A program made the position numbers and the translations under genes. Shown here piece by piece: positions 29,120 to 38,391 of a stretch of DNA of 64,000 nucleotides (position 1 is the stretch's first letter; every line of letters starts with the position of its first letter). The notes beneath the pieces were generated by a model. It was not told the origin of the DNA. It did no database searches and worked only from the letters and a program-made list of their open reading frames with translations. Origin of the DNA: a marine bacterium B5-7 (lineage in GTDB: Bacteria > Pseudomonadota > Gammaproteobacteria > Arenicellales > CAJQKF01); contig BQJD01000002.1 of NCBI GenBank assembly GCA_021604525.1, forward strand, positions 24,282 to 88,281, in the 5' to 3' direction.

Positions 29120-29443
29120 TTGAAAAAATCCATCGCTGTACTCTTTTGTATTGCCGGACTGACTGTCAGTATTGCAACATACGCCGCCGGTGACATCGAT
29201 ACCGGACGGGAAAAGGCCTTTACCTGCACTGGCTGCCATTCCTCGCCAGGCATGCGTAACGCCTATCCCGGCTATAACGTGCCAAAACTGGGCGGGCAGC
29301 ATGCTGCGTATATCATCGCCGCACTGAAAGGATATAAGTCAAAAGAGCGCTCGCACCCGACCATGCAGGCTCATGCATCCACCATGTCCGAGCAGGATAT
29401 GGCCGATATTGCTGAATATTTTGCATCCCTCGGTGCCGAATAG
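29120..29443 (+). CDS. Monohaem class-I cytochrome c (c4/c553-like half)
   Basis: TTG start behind GGAGAG. Signal peptide KKSIAVLFCIAGLTVSIATYA/A, haem motif CTGCH, distal Met region PTMQ. Confidence 0.75.
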   Translation: MKKSIAVLFCIAGLTVSIATYAAGDIDTGREKAFTCTGCHSSPGMRNAYPGYNVPKLGGQHAAYIIAALKGYKSKERSHPTMQAHASTMSEQDMADIAEYFASLGAE

Positions 29444-29480
29444 GCCGCCGGGCGCATTGATCGACAGGAGATCCTTGCCT

Positions 29481-29816
29481 ATGAAATTCTTGTTACCGCT
29501 GCTGTTTTCCTTTGCCGCACTGACCTGGACGGTCGCCCACGCCGCTCCGGGCGATGCTGATGCAGGCCAAGCCAAGTCGCAAACCTGCGCCGCGTGTCAC
29601 AACGCCGATGGTAATAGCCAAAACCCGATCTATCCCATTTTGGCGGGGCAATATCGTAATTACCTTGTTCAGGCATTGCATGAATACCGTTCAGGATCGC
29701 GTAACAACCCGATCATGAAGGGCTTTGCGGCCGGTTTGTCTGACGAGGATATACTCGATCTGGCGGCCTATTTTTCGAGTCAATCATCGGTTCTGGTTAC
29801 ACCCAAGCCGGAATAA
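29481..29816 (+). CDS. Monohaem class-I cytochrome c (c4/c553-like half)
   Basis: ATG behind AGGAG. Signal peptide MKFLLPLLFSFAALTWTVAHA/A, haem motif CAACH, NPIMKG. Confidence 0.8.
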   Translation: MKFLLPLLFSFAALTWTVAHAAPGDADAGQAKSQTCAACHNADGNSQNPIYPILAGQYRNYLVQALHEYRSGSRNNPIMKGFAAGLSDEDILDLAAYFSSQSSVLVTPKPE

Positions 29817-29832
29817 GCCACACTTTCAGTTT

Positions 29833-29860
29833 AAAAAGCCGGCCATTGCCGGCTTTTTTG
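29833..29860 (+). terminator. Rho-independent terminator after the cytochrome c pair
   Basis: aaaaaGCCGGCcattGCCGGCtttttt: a perfect 6-bp GC stem and 4-nt loop, flanked by an A-run and a T-run (potentially bidirectional). Confidence 0.8.
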
Positions 29861-30105
29861 ATGTCTGTCCGGGGCGAAACCGGGTAACCTTGTCTTCGAT
29901 ATCACCATCGCGTCGAAACCAGGTAATTGCACGAGTCGTCATGGAGTTACCAGCAATTCGCTTGAGAACGGCGCTAATTGACACATCAGGTGTTAACGTT
30001 TGGGCCATTTGCGATAATCACTCAGGCACAATCGATTTGGCCTGGGCGAGTCAATATCCGTAGACCGGGCAGGTAATAGCTTTAACATAATGCAAGGCGA
30101 CGTAA

Positions 30106-31788
30106 ATGAGCGACAGTGAAGCCGCGCCCACCAATTTCATCCGCCAGCGGGTCGCTGCCGACCTGTCCGGAGCACGGGTTAGCGAGGTCGTCACCCGGTT
30201 TCCGCCCGAACCCAACGGATATTTGCACATTGGCCATGCCAAGAGCATTTGTCTGAATTTCGGCATCGCGGACGACTTTGATGGACGATGTTTTTTAAGA
30301 TTCGACGACACCAACCCTGAAAAAGAAGAGATGGAATTCGTCGAATCCATCCAACGGGACGTCCGCTGGCTCGGATTCAACTGGCAGGACCGACTGACGC
30401 ATGCCTCCGACTACTTCGAACGGCTTTACGAGTTCGCTATGGAGCTGGTGCTCAACAGCAACGCCTATGTCTGCAGCCTGAGTGCCGAAGAGATTCGCGA
30501 AAGCCGCGGAACCTTGACGGAACCCGGTAAAGAAAGTCCTTTCCGCAACCGGTCTGTTGAAGAAAATATCGATCTCTTCAATCGTATGCGCGAAGGTGAA
30601 TTCGCCGATGGTGAACATGTTTTAAGGGCTCGAATCGACATGACTTCGGGTAATCTCAACATGCGCGACCCGGTGCTTTATCGTATACGCCACCAGGTTC
30701 ACCAGATCACCGGCGATCGCTGGTGCATCTACCCGCTGTACGATTTCACTCACTGCATCAGCGACGCCATCGAAGGCGTTACCCATTCGCTGTGTACCCT
30801 TGAGTTCGAAGATCATCGGCCTCTGTACGATTGGGTACTCGATAACACCAGCGTTAGCTGCCACCCGCAGCAAATAGAATTCTCGCGGCTGGCTCTGGAC
30901 TATACGGTGATGAGCAAGCGCATGCTGACCCAACTGGTGCGCGAAAATCATGTCAGCACCTGGGACGATCCGCGAATGCCAACCATTGCGGGACTGCGAC
31001 GACGTGGCTATACCCCCGCATCCATTCGATTATTTTGCGAACGCATCGGCGTGACCAAGAAAGATAATCGCATTGAAATGTCGCTGCTCGAGAACTGTGT
31101 GCGTGAAGATCTTGAATCGAGCGCGCCGCGTCGAATGGCGGTCATTGATCCACTCAAAGTGGTTATCAACAATTACCCCGAAGATCTGGAAGAAACCTTC
31201 AGTGCCGCCAATCATCCGGCAGACGCCGGTTTCGGCACGCGCGAGGTACCATTCGCAAAGGAGATTTATATCGAGCGAAGCGATTTCATGATCGATCCAC
31301 CCCGTAAATTCTTCCGCTTGGGTCCTGGGCGCGAAGTCCGCCTTCGTTATGCTTATCTTGTGACATGCACCGGCTACGATACCGACGATAATGGTGATGT
31401 AACCACCGTTTATTGCGATTACGATAATCAATCACACGGGGGCAACGCACCGGACGGGCGCAAGGTCAAGGGCACCATACACTGGGTAAGCGCAAAACAT
31501 GCAATTCCAGCAGAGGTGAGGTTGTATGACAGACTGTTCATGCGCGAGAATCCGGTGGAATCAAAGCAGCATCACTTCAGCGAATTCATTAATCCGGATT
31601 CTTTGATCACCGTGACAAATGCAATGCTTGAGCCGGCTCTTGCAAGTGCCGAAAACGAGTCACGATTTCAGTTCGAGCGACTCGGCTACTTCTGCGTAGA
31701 CGAGGACAGCACGGCGGGACAACCTGTGTTCAACCGCACCGTCACCCTGCGGGATTCATGGGCCAAACAACGAGGACAGGGTTCTTGA
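30106..31788 (+). CDS. glnS: Glutamine--tRNA ligase
   Basis: 560 aa. HIGH region [21 protein letters not shown]-type VMSKR, and overall GlnRS-like sequence. Confidence 0.95.
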   Translation: MSDSEAAPTNFIRQRVAADLSGARVSEVVTRFPPEPNGYLHIGHAKSICLNFGIADDFDGRCFLRFDDTNPEKEEMEFVESIQRDVRWLGFNWQDRLTHASDYFERLYEFAMELVLNSNAYVCSLSAEEIRESRGTLTEPGKESPFRNRSVEENIDLFNRMREGEFADGEHVLRARIDMTSGNLNMRDPVLYRIRHQVHQITGDRWCIYPLYDFTHCISDAIEGVTHSLCTLEFEDHRPLYDWVLDNTSVSCHPQQIEFSRLALDYTVMSKRMLTQLVRENHVSTWDDPRMPTIAGLRRRGYTPASIRLFCERIGVTKKDNRIEMSLLENCVREDLESSAPRRMAVIDPLKVVINNYPEDLEETFSAANHPADAGFGTREVPFAKEIYIERSDFMIDPPRKFFRLGPGREVRLRYAYLVTCTGYDTDDNGDVTTVYCDYDNQSHGGNAPDGRKVKGTIHWVSAKHAIPAEVRLYDRLFMRENPVESKQHHFSEFINPDSLITVTNAMLEPALASAENESRFQFERLGYFCVDEDSTAGQPVFNRTVTLRDSWAKQRGQGS

Positions 31789-32219
31789 AAAAGCGTACCG
31801 GTGATCCGTGGATGTCGGCCGACGACTTCGGTCGCTCGCTCACCGGGGTCGGCTTCAATTTACTGGTAGCCAATGTGGAACGCGCCATCGAATTTCAGCG
31901 TAATGTGCTTGGCGTTACCGTCATTTATCAGGACACCGATTTCGCCGTCGTTGAGAATGACGCTGGCCTGTACATGCTGCACGCCGACCATACATACCGC
32001 GACCATCCGATGGTCGGGATAGCGACAAACGCCGAGGGCCGTGGCGCGGGTATTGAGCTTCGATTGTATAATCTTGATCCCGATACCGTTGAAGCGCGCG
32101 CGAACGATGCCGGCTATACAATACTGGCGGGTAGCGCAGACAAGCCGCACGGCCTCAGAGAGTCGTATATTATAGACGACGATGGCTATGTCTGGGTGCC
32201 TTGTGTACCATTGCTATAG
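31785..32219 (+). CDS. VOC/glyoxalase-family protein
   Basis: Has a glyoxalase-like beta-alpha-beta-beta-beta pattern ([21 protein letters not shown]...; [16 protein letters not shown]). The start is uncertain: TTG 31785 overlaps the glnS stop (TTGA), with an alternative ATG at 31812. Confidence 0.6.
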   Translation: MKKRTGDPWMSADDFGRSLTGVGFNLLVANVERAIEFQRNVLGVTVIYQDTDFAVVENDAGLYMLHADHTYRDHPMVGIATNAEGRGAGIELRLYNLDPDTVEARANDAGYTILAGSADKPHGLRESYIIDDDGYVWVPCVPLL

Positions 32220-32399
32220 CTGGCCGCTAACCGATCGATAACAAGCAACCCCACTCACGGACAAACTCGAATTACTGTTATCAAACGGTTCGCATCGGTC
32301 ATGACTTGACCACATGTGACTTCGGAAATACTTAATTATCAAAGCACAGTTCCGCGCCTTAATCGAAATTAAATTGAACCCATCTCAAAGGAAGGACAA

Positions 32400-32750
32400 G
32401 TGGCCAGCGATTCACTCAAGAGACTGACTTCGAATAACCAGCTTTGCAAACATCTTTACGTCGATGAATCCAGGCTCCATGGCTATGGACTTTTCGCGCG
32501 AAGGAAATTAAAGCGTGGTGAATACATTGGTACGTATGACGGACCAAAAACCAAACGCAATGATATTCATGTATTGTGGGTTGAGGATAAGCCGGGCAAG
32601 TGGTGCGGACGGGACGGTACTAATCTGTTACGTTATCTGAATCACAGCCACAAACCCAATTGCGAATTTGACGGTTTCGATCTCTATACGCTTTGCAAAA
32701 TCAAGGAAACCGAAGAACTGGTGTTCGACTACGGTGAAGATCCTGCCTGA
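32400..32750 (+). CDS. Minimal SET-domain protein (putative protein-lysine methyltransferase)
   Basis: 116 aa with a GTG start behind AAGGAAGG. Motifs GYGLFARRKLKRGEYIGTYDG, NHSHKPNCEF (the NHSCxPN motif) and ELVFDYG (the ELxFDY motif). Confidence 0.75.
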   Translation: MASDSLKRLTSNNQLCKHLYVDESRLHGYGLFARRKLKRGEYIGTYDGPKTKRNDIHVLWVEDKPGKWCGRDGTNLLRYLNHSHKPNCEFDGFDLYTLCKIKETEELVFDYGEDPA

Positions 32751-32795
32751 CTCACCTGACTCCAGAGACAGATCGTCGCAATCCGTAACCGCGTT

Positions 32796-32823
32796 TCAAT
32801 ATCTATTGACTCAATATCTATTG
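32796..32823. repeat. Tandem direct repeat, 2 x 13 bp (tcaatatctattg) with a 15-bp period, between convergent genes
   Basis: Copies at 32796-32808 and 32811-32823 read directly from the sequence. Confidence 0.8.
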
Positions 32824-32853
32824 TCTTTGGGCACAGCGATTAGCTGCGCCTGG

Positions 32854-35073
32854 TTATTCCTTGAAAAAGCCGGCCAGTGGCGCAGGTACGCCAATGAGAT
32901 TACCCTGAATCATATTCACACCGAGATCGATGAGACAATCGCGGGTCGACTCGCGCTCGACATGTTCAGCGATAGTTCGCTTCTTGAGCTTGCGGGCAAG
33001 ACTGATGATTGAATCGACGATGGCGAGCTTGATCTCGTCATCCTCAAGATCCTTAACCAACGAGCCGTCAATTTTAAGAACGTCCGCCGGTATCTGTTTC
33101 AGGTACGCATAAGACGACAGTCCGGAACCGAAATCGTCGAGCGCAACTGTACAGCCCAATTCCCGCATGGCACTGAAAAACTGCGCTGCTTTTTCTATAT
33201 TGCCGATGGCTGCGGTTTCGGTTACCTCGAAACACAGTAACGTTGGTGAAATCGAATAATAACGCAGCCGTTCCAGCACGTGGTTGAAGAACGAACCATG
33301 TGACAGCGATTGACCTGACAGATTGATACTGAAGGTATGCGAGGTGCCATTACTGATCCCATAGTCAGCAAGAATCTTGAACGCATGCTCTATAACCCAG
33401 GTATCGAGCCGCAAGCCGTAGTGGAACTCCTCGACCGCGGATATCATCATGCTGTTAGGGACATAACTGCCATCTGACCTGCGCATCCTCAATAGCAACT
33501 CAAGGGATTCGCGATGACTCATCGCATTATCAGCGGCAACAATTTCCTGACCAAAGAATTCAAACAGATCACTGTCCAGTGCTTTCTGGATTCGCGACGC
33601 CCAGCGCGCTTCGCCGTAGTGTCGTTCGACCACTTCATCGTCAGGCTTAAACAGATAAACGCTGTTGCCGCCTATTTGCTTGGCGCTATAGCAGGCTGCG
33701 TCGGCTTGGGTCATCACTTCGGTCACACCGTATGCACCACTGAGTATGGGAACGATGCCGATACTGGTTGTAACACCCAAACGCTCACCGTCGACATCCA
33801 GGCGAAACTTTTCAATTGCAACACGGATACGTTCTGCCAGCGAACGAGCTTCACCGGCCTTCATGCGCCTTAAGAAAAGCGCAAACTCATCACCGCCAAC
33901 ACGGGCGACGATATCCGACGGTCCGAGCAGTGAACTCAGACGGCGGGCAAATGCACATAGAAAGCGATCACCGGTAACGTGACCGCGTGTATCGTTAATA
34001 ACTCGAAATTGATCGATATCGAGCAAACACAGAGTATGCTCGGCACCGCTCTTGGCGCCTTCCTCTATCGCCTCATCCAGACGCTTCATCAGCTCAACGC
34101 GACTGACCAAACCGGTTAATTCATCGTGACCACTCAGATAAGCAAGACGTTCCGCCAACTCATAGGATTCAGTGACGTCTTCACCCGCCAGAAGCAGCCG
34201 CAGCTCGCCGTCCGGCTGACGCAGGGCTCGACCACTGACACGTATCCAGACATGCTCGCCAGAACGAGTATTTAGTAACAGTTCCTGACGCTGTACGGTG
34301 TCTTCGTTACAGCACAAAGATTGAATCAGGTCGCCAAGTTTTCGTCGCTGGTTGGAATGCAACAACTGCAGCACCGGTTGATCGATCAGCTCATCACTGT
34401 TCCAGCCAAGATACTCAGCACCGTAACGGTTAATAGATAGCAGGTCGCCAGCCTCATTCAATGTCATGAAGAACGATGGCGTATCGTTGTAAAAGGAGCT
34501 GTAGCGATGCTCGCTGACACGCAGATTTTCCAGACTGGATTCGAGAACCCGGCCCTGCTCAGCAAGCTGACGGGTACGAAATTCAACCTTTTGTTCAAGC
34601 GTATCGCGCATCTGCTGGATCTGATCCGCCAGCCTTTTGCGATCGAGATGTCGATTGAGTCGGGCGAGTAATATTGGAAAGTTGATTGGCTTGGAGAGGA
34701 AGTCTGTCGCACCCATATCGAGGGTTGCAACGGTATCGCTCAAGGTATCCTTGACGGTCAACATTATGACCGGTAACTCGATTTCATCCCAGCGCTGGCG
34801 AATCCGCCGTAGAGTTTCGAGTCCATCTATGCCGGGCATTATGATGTCCAGCAACACCACATCCGGGCGCCGACTTTCAATCATTGATAACGCGCTGAGA
34901 CCGTCGGCGGCTTCGTAGACACGGAACTCGGAATCCTCGAGAACCGAACGCACCAGAGATCGCGTTGTTGGCCGATCATCGACAATCAGTACCGCAGGAC
35001 GGACCTGCACTACCGGCTTTAGCTCATGTACGGTATCGGTTGTCACTTTTTTATCCCCGAAAAACCTTCCCAA
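32854..35073 (-). CDS. Response regulator with REC-PAS-GGDEF-EAL architecture (c-di-GMP turnover output)
   Basis: 739 aa. REC (VLIVDD...VVLLDIIMPGIDG), coiled linker, PAS (SFFMTLNEAGDLLSINRYGAEYLGW), intact GGDEF (RVGGDEFALF), and EAL domain motifs (FEVTE, DDFGSGLSSYAYLK, KIDGSLV, AEHVE, QG). The start codon is uncertain. Confidence 0.85.
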   Translation of the reverse strand: MGRFFGDKKVTTDTVHELKPVVQVRPAVLIVDDRPTTRSLVRSVLEDSEFRVYEAADGLSALSMIESRRPDVVLLDIIMPGIDGLETLRRIRQRWDEIELPVIMLTVKDTLSDTVATLDMGATDFLSKPINFPILLARLNRHLDRKRLADQIQQMRDTLEQKVEFRTRQLAEQGRVLESSLENLRVSEHRYSSFYNDTPSFFMTLNEAGDLLSINRYGAEYLGWNSDELIDQPVLQLLHSNQRRKLGDLIQSLCCNEDTVQRQELLLNTRSGEHVWIRVSGRALRQPDGELRLLLAGEDVTESYELAERLAYLSGHDELTGLVSRVELMKRLDEAIEEGAKSGAEHTLCLLDIDQFRVINDTRGHVTGDRFLCAFARRLSSLLGPSDIVARVGGDEFALFLRRMKAGEARSLAERIRVAIEKFRLDVDGERLGVTTSIGIVPILSGAYGVTEVMTQADAACYSAKQIGGNSVYLFKPDDEVVERHYGEARWASRIQKALDSDLFEFFGQEIVAADNAMSHRESLELLLRMRRSDGSYVPNSMMISAVEEFHYGLRLDTWVIEHAFKILADYGISNGTSHTFSINLSGQSLSHGSFFNHVLERLRYYSISPTLLCFEVTETAAIGNIEKAAQFFSAMRELGCTVALDDFGSGLSSYAYLKQIPADVLKIDGSLVKDLEDDEIKLAIVDSIISLARKLKKRTIAEHVERESTRDCLIDLGVNMIQGNLIGVPAPLAGFFKE

Positions 35074-35133
35074 GACGTGTTGTAACCATGCACATCAAAA
35101 GCATCCGGAAGGAAGTATACCGCTACAACAGCT

Positions 35134-35220
35134 AACGTGCAGAACTATCGCACGTTGCACCGAAACAATCCTGTTTGGGTACAACGTCCGGCGTAACGTC
35201 GAGTCATCATCGACGTTACG
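35134..35220 (-). other. Two perfect stem-loops in the spacer between the rpfF-like gene and the REC-PAS-GGDEF-EAL gene
   Basis: aacgtgc-N9-gcacgtt (35134-35156) and cgtaacgtcga-N7-tcgacgttacg (35192-35220). Neither is followed by a U-run on the minus strand. Confidence 0.6.
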
Positions 35221-35381
35221 GTAATGAGGCGATAACGTTCGGCAGGTTGCCGTGTAACTTTATACCAGGGCAGACACAAGATAAGTAACCGATTAGCGTT
35301 GCGCTATGAACTTGTACACACATTGTTTGATTCTGCTTACATCATCATAGTGTGTCGCGATCAAAGCTGAACATACGCTTG

Positions 35382-36320
35382 CTAGAAGCCTCGATCTATT
35401 TGCGAACGAATTAGGTAACGCATGTGATTCAGATCTTTCTCTTCAAGTGACATTGCCGCATCGACCCATGTTTCAACGAAACGCACCAGGCTGTCCCGCG
35501 AGATGGGATGCTCGTTTTGCACTGCACGTCGAAACGAATTCGCCGCTCTCGAATGATTCCGTTCACGGCGAATTATTTTACGAACCTCCTGTTCACCCTT
35601 ACCGCTATCGGCAAGGTAATCGATCACTCCCATCTCATATAGTTCGGATGCGTCATACAGCTTGCCGCTCAAGATCAATCGCTCGGCAGCGGATGCCGAC
35701 ATGCGGCGAGTTAGAAACTGGTAGGCACCCATTCCCGGGAACATGTTAAACAGCACTTCCGGAAGTCCCATTCGCACATGTCTTTCAGCAACAATAATAC
35801 TTGCTGAAAGCGCTGCCTCCATACCACCGCCAAGTGCATTGCCTTTAACCAGCGCAACCGTTGTCATCGGCAACTCGAATGCAGTCGAATTCTCATACAC
35901 CAGGTCAACGCAGTCTTCTGCATAGCGTGAGAGCGACTCGCGATCACCTTCCTTTATCATTCGATAGAAGTAGGCAAGATCGCCACCAAGGTTAAATATT
36001 CCGTCAATATCGGACGTCAGAACGTGATACCGAGGCACTTCATTTTCTCGTCCGCTGGCAATAAGATTTCTCATCTTCAGCGAAAAATCGCTCTGGAAGC
36101 GTCGCAAACTGGTTACCACTTCCGGTGTGAATTTGGCAGGGCAGTCGGATCTCAACCTCCACCAGTGAATGCCAGTTTCCGCTTCAATCTCGGAATCATA
36201 GAATGTCGGAGCCTGACGGTCTTCCAGACGAGCGGATGAGTTAAGAAGATGGACGGTATTGTTGGTCGGGCTGTCGGCATATTCGCTTTCAGCATTGTGT
36301 TCACGGACATTAAGCATCAT
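35382..36320 (-). CDS. rpfF: RpfF-like crotonase (DSF-family cis-2-enoyl fatty-acid signal synthase homologue)
   Basis: 312 aa. It aligns by eye over ~200 aa with Xanthomonas RpfF as I remember it: SDIDGIFNLGGDLAYFYRMIKEGDR, VKGNALGGGMEAALS, RMGLPEVLFNMFPGMGAYQF, TWVDAAMSLEEKDL. Glu168 and Glu188 are 20 residues apart, like the catalytic pair of RpfF. Confidence 0.8.
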   Translation of the reverse strand: MMLNVREHNAESEYADSPTNNTVHLLNSSARLEDRQAPTFYDSEIEAETGIHWWRLRSDCPAKFTPEVVTSLRRFQSDFSLKMRNLIASGRENEVPRYHVLTSDIDGIFNLGGDLAYFYRMIKEGDRESLSRYAEDCVDLVYENSTAFELPMTTVALVKGNALGGGMEAALSASIIVAERHVRMGLPEVLFNMFPGMGAYQFLTRRMSASAAERLILSGKLYDASELYEMGVIDYLADSGKGEQEVRKIIRRERNHSRAANSFRRAVQNEHPISRDSLVRFVETWVDAAMSLEEKDLNHMRYLIRSQIDRGF

Positions 36321-36641
36321 TGTTATTCACCTCATTACATTAAAACGATATCAGCGGTAAGTAGCCTGATAAAAAAAGGAAAATTCCATTTCCTTCAACG
36401 CTAGCTTACTCTATTATCAGTTTAAAAACGTAGTTTCAAGACAACGACAATGGATTGCTTGTTGTGATTACACAGAGCCACTGAAGTGATTTATCATTGC
36501 GCGTCTTAAAAGCGCTCGCTCTTGTTGTAAGCCGATTGAATAAACAGGCTTATCAGCTACCGACACGCAAACTGAAACTGTGACGGCGCTTGACCAAAGA
36601 CTGGTCTTATTGAATAACCACATCCACAAGGATCGACATTG

Positions 36642-36929
36642 ATGCAAAAGTTTGACGTCAGGAATGCAACACCGAAAATTATCCGTGAACATGTCATCGA
36701 ATTGATATCCGAGGTATCCGGATTGTCTGTCGACGAACTCGAACCCGGCATGTCCGTCGCCGAAGACATCGCACCGAACTCCATCGATAGAATTACACTA
36801 TTCATGGCACTTGAAGACGAGTTCAACGAATCCATACCTGAAAGCGAAGTGCGCGACATCATCACATTGAAACAACTCCTCGACTTCGTCGAACTCCGTG
36901 TCATAAGCCTGCGTAACGCCAGCGCCTGA
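36642..36929 (+). CDS. Dedicated acyl carrier protein
   Basis: ~95 aa. VAEDIAPNSIDRITLFMALEDEFNESIPESEV aligns with the AcpP helix II region [32 protein letters not shown], with the Ser of NSID at the phosphopantetheine site. Confidence 0.8.
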   Translation: MQKFDVRNATPKIIREHVIELISEVSGLSVDELEPGMSVAEDIAPNSIDRITLFMALEDEFNESIPESEVRDIITLKQLLDFVELRVISLRNASA

Positions 36930-36996
36930 AACGTCATCGGCATCTGAATACAGCTTCACAAGCCGACCATCAAAGTAGTGGCTTGAATCACGTACC

Positions 36997-38391
36997 GTGG
37001 CAATAGTGAATAAAACTAACGATCCTGTTGTTGTCAGCGGGGTAGGCATCATCTGCGCTCTCGGTCAAGGTGCAAAGCAAGTCTGGAAGGCCATGCTCGA
37101 TGGTCGCTCGGTGTGTGAACCCATACCGCAGCAATGGCATTACTATGGCGATTATCGATCGACCCTGTGGTCGCCGTTGCCAGACATCGATTACACATGT
37201 TATGGATTGAACCGCGCCGATATGATGCGTTTCGACCCGGTAGCCATGATGGCTATCGGCACGGTTCAGGAAGCCCTTGAACATGCCGGGTTCAAGCTTG
37301 AACCAAAAGATTCGAGGGGCTCGCGGCTCCAAATTGCCAACACCAACCCGGCGCGCACGGGGGTTTACTTCGGAACAGGAATAGGCGGCATCAATACCAC
37401 GCTGTCAACACATTCATATCATTCGATGAACCGCATTCGCAATTCTCTTGACTCTGTCGCTAATAACACCAATCAGGATGACGACAAAAAGCTAAAAGTT
37501 GCTATTGAACATATCTCCCTCGCCCGCCGCTTTAATCCACTTGCCGTAACTCTGTTGATGTCCAATGCGGTCGCTGCAGCGCCGGGTGTCAGGTTCGGCA
37601 TAACCGGCCCTTGTAAAACTACAACCGTTGCCTGCGCCTCGGGCACAGCAAGTGTGGCAGAAGGCTTTAGGGCAATACACGATGGCCGAGTCGATCTGGC
37701 GATTGTTGGTGCCAGCGAGTATTTGTTCGATGACTACGGTTCGATTTTTCGTGCCTATGACATTACTGCCGCAATGACGCACGGTATCGACGATCCGCAT
37801 CGTGCTAACCGGCCATTCGACGAAGACCGACGCGGCTTCCTGTTCAGCGAAGGGGGTGCCGCAGCGCTGGTACTTGAACGTGCATCCAGTGCGATATCGC
37901 GAGGTGTTCAGCCACTGGCCGAATTGATAGCCGCTCATGAATCATTTGACGGCTACAACATGCTCGCCATGGAGCCATCCGGTGAGTCAATGGAGAGAAT
38001 GATTCGTGACACAATCGCTGCCGGCGGTATCAAGGCTACAGACCTTGATTACGTTAATGCTCATGGTACCGGTACCGAAATGAATGACGCTATCGAAACC
38101 GAAGTACTCGCTCGCGTGGTTTCAAAAGACACATTAATCAACTCCAGCAAAGGTCTTATCGGTCACACAATCGGCGCCAGCGGGGCTATCGAAGCAGCAG
38201 TAACCGCGCTCAGTATCCGCGACCAACGGGTTCATCCATGTCTGAACCTCGATAATCCCCTTCGAGAACTTAATTTTCCCCGCCAGGCAACGAATGCAAG
38301 GATCGACTACGCACTCAGCCAGTCGTTTGCATTCGGCGGTCATAATGCCTGCCTGTTGATGAAACAATTGCCGAATAACCAGAATTCCTGA
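36997..38391 (+). CDS. Beta-ketoacyl-ACP synthase, elongating KAS I/II (FabF/FabB-like), Cys-His-His triad
   Basis: 464 aa. Motifs VVVSGVGIICALG, active-site TTVACASG, YVNAHGTGT, SSKGLIGHTIGASG, FAFGGHNACLL. It is longer than FabF before the active-site Cys, with an insertion around NSLDSVANNTNQDDDKKLKVAIEH. Confidence 0.85.
   Translation: MAIVNKTNDPVVVSGVGIICALGQGAKQVWKAMLDGRSVCEPIPQQWHYYGDYRSTLWSPLPDIDYTCYGLNRADMMRFDPVAMMAIGTVQEALEHAGFKLEPKDSRGSRLQIANTNPARTGVYFGTGIGGINTTLSTHSYHSMNRIRNSLDSVANNTNQDDDKKLKVAIEHISLARRFNPLAVTLLMSNAVAAAPGVRFGITGPCKTTTVACASGTASVAEGFRAIHDGRVDLAIVGASEYLFDDYGSIFRAYDITAAMTHGIDDPHRANRPFDEDRRGFLFSEGGAAALVLERASSAISRGVQPLAELIAAHESFDGYNMLAMEPSGESMERMIRDTIAAGGIKATDLDYVNAHGTGTEMNDAIETEVLARVVSKDTLINSSKGLIGHTIGASGAIEAAVTALSIRDQRVHPCLNLDNPLRELNFPRQATNARIDYALSQSFAFGGHNACLLMKQLPNNQNS

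Noticed and set aside
29826-30008. 60-aa minus-strand ORF (MAQTLTPDVSISAVLKRIAG...) upstream of glnS
   Set aside because: Its 3' end reads straight through the terminator hairpin of the cytochrome operon (...KKPAMAGFLN). I recognise no family and there is no convincing RBS. It is at best a gene fragment.
36321-36638. Possible CRP/Clp-type site (TGTGATTACACA) and small palindromes (GGAAAattccaTTTCC) in the divergent rpfF-like/ACP promoter region
   Set aside because: The arms are only 4-5 bp and do not fit TGTGA-N6-TCACA, which is indistinguishable from chance by eye. Phylogenetic footprinting is needed.
36557-36943. 128-aa minus-strand ORF
   Set aside because: It is antisense to the ACP gene, which has a clear AcpP-like motif. 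It is a shadow ORF.
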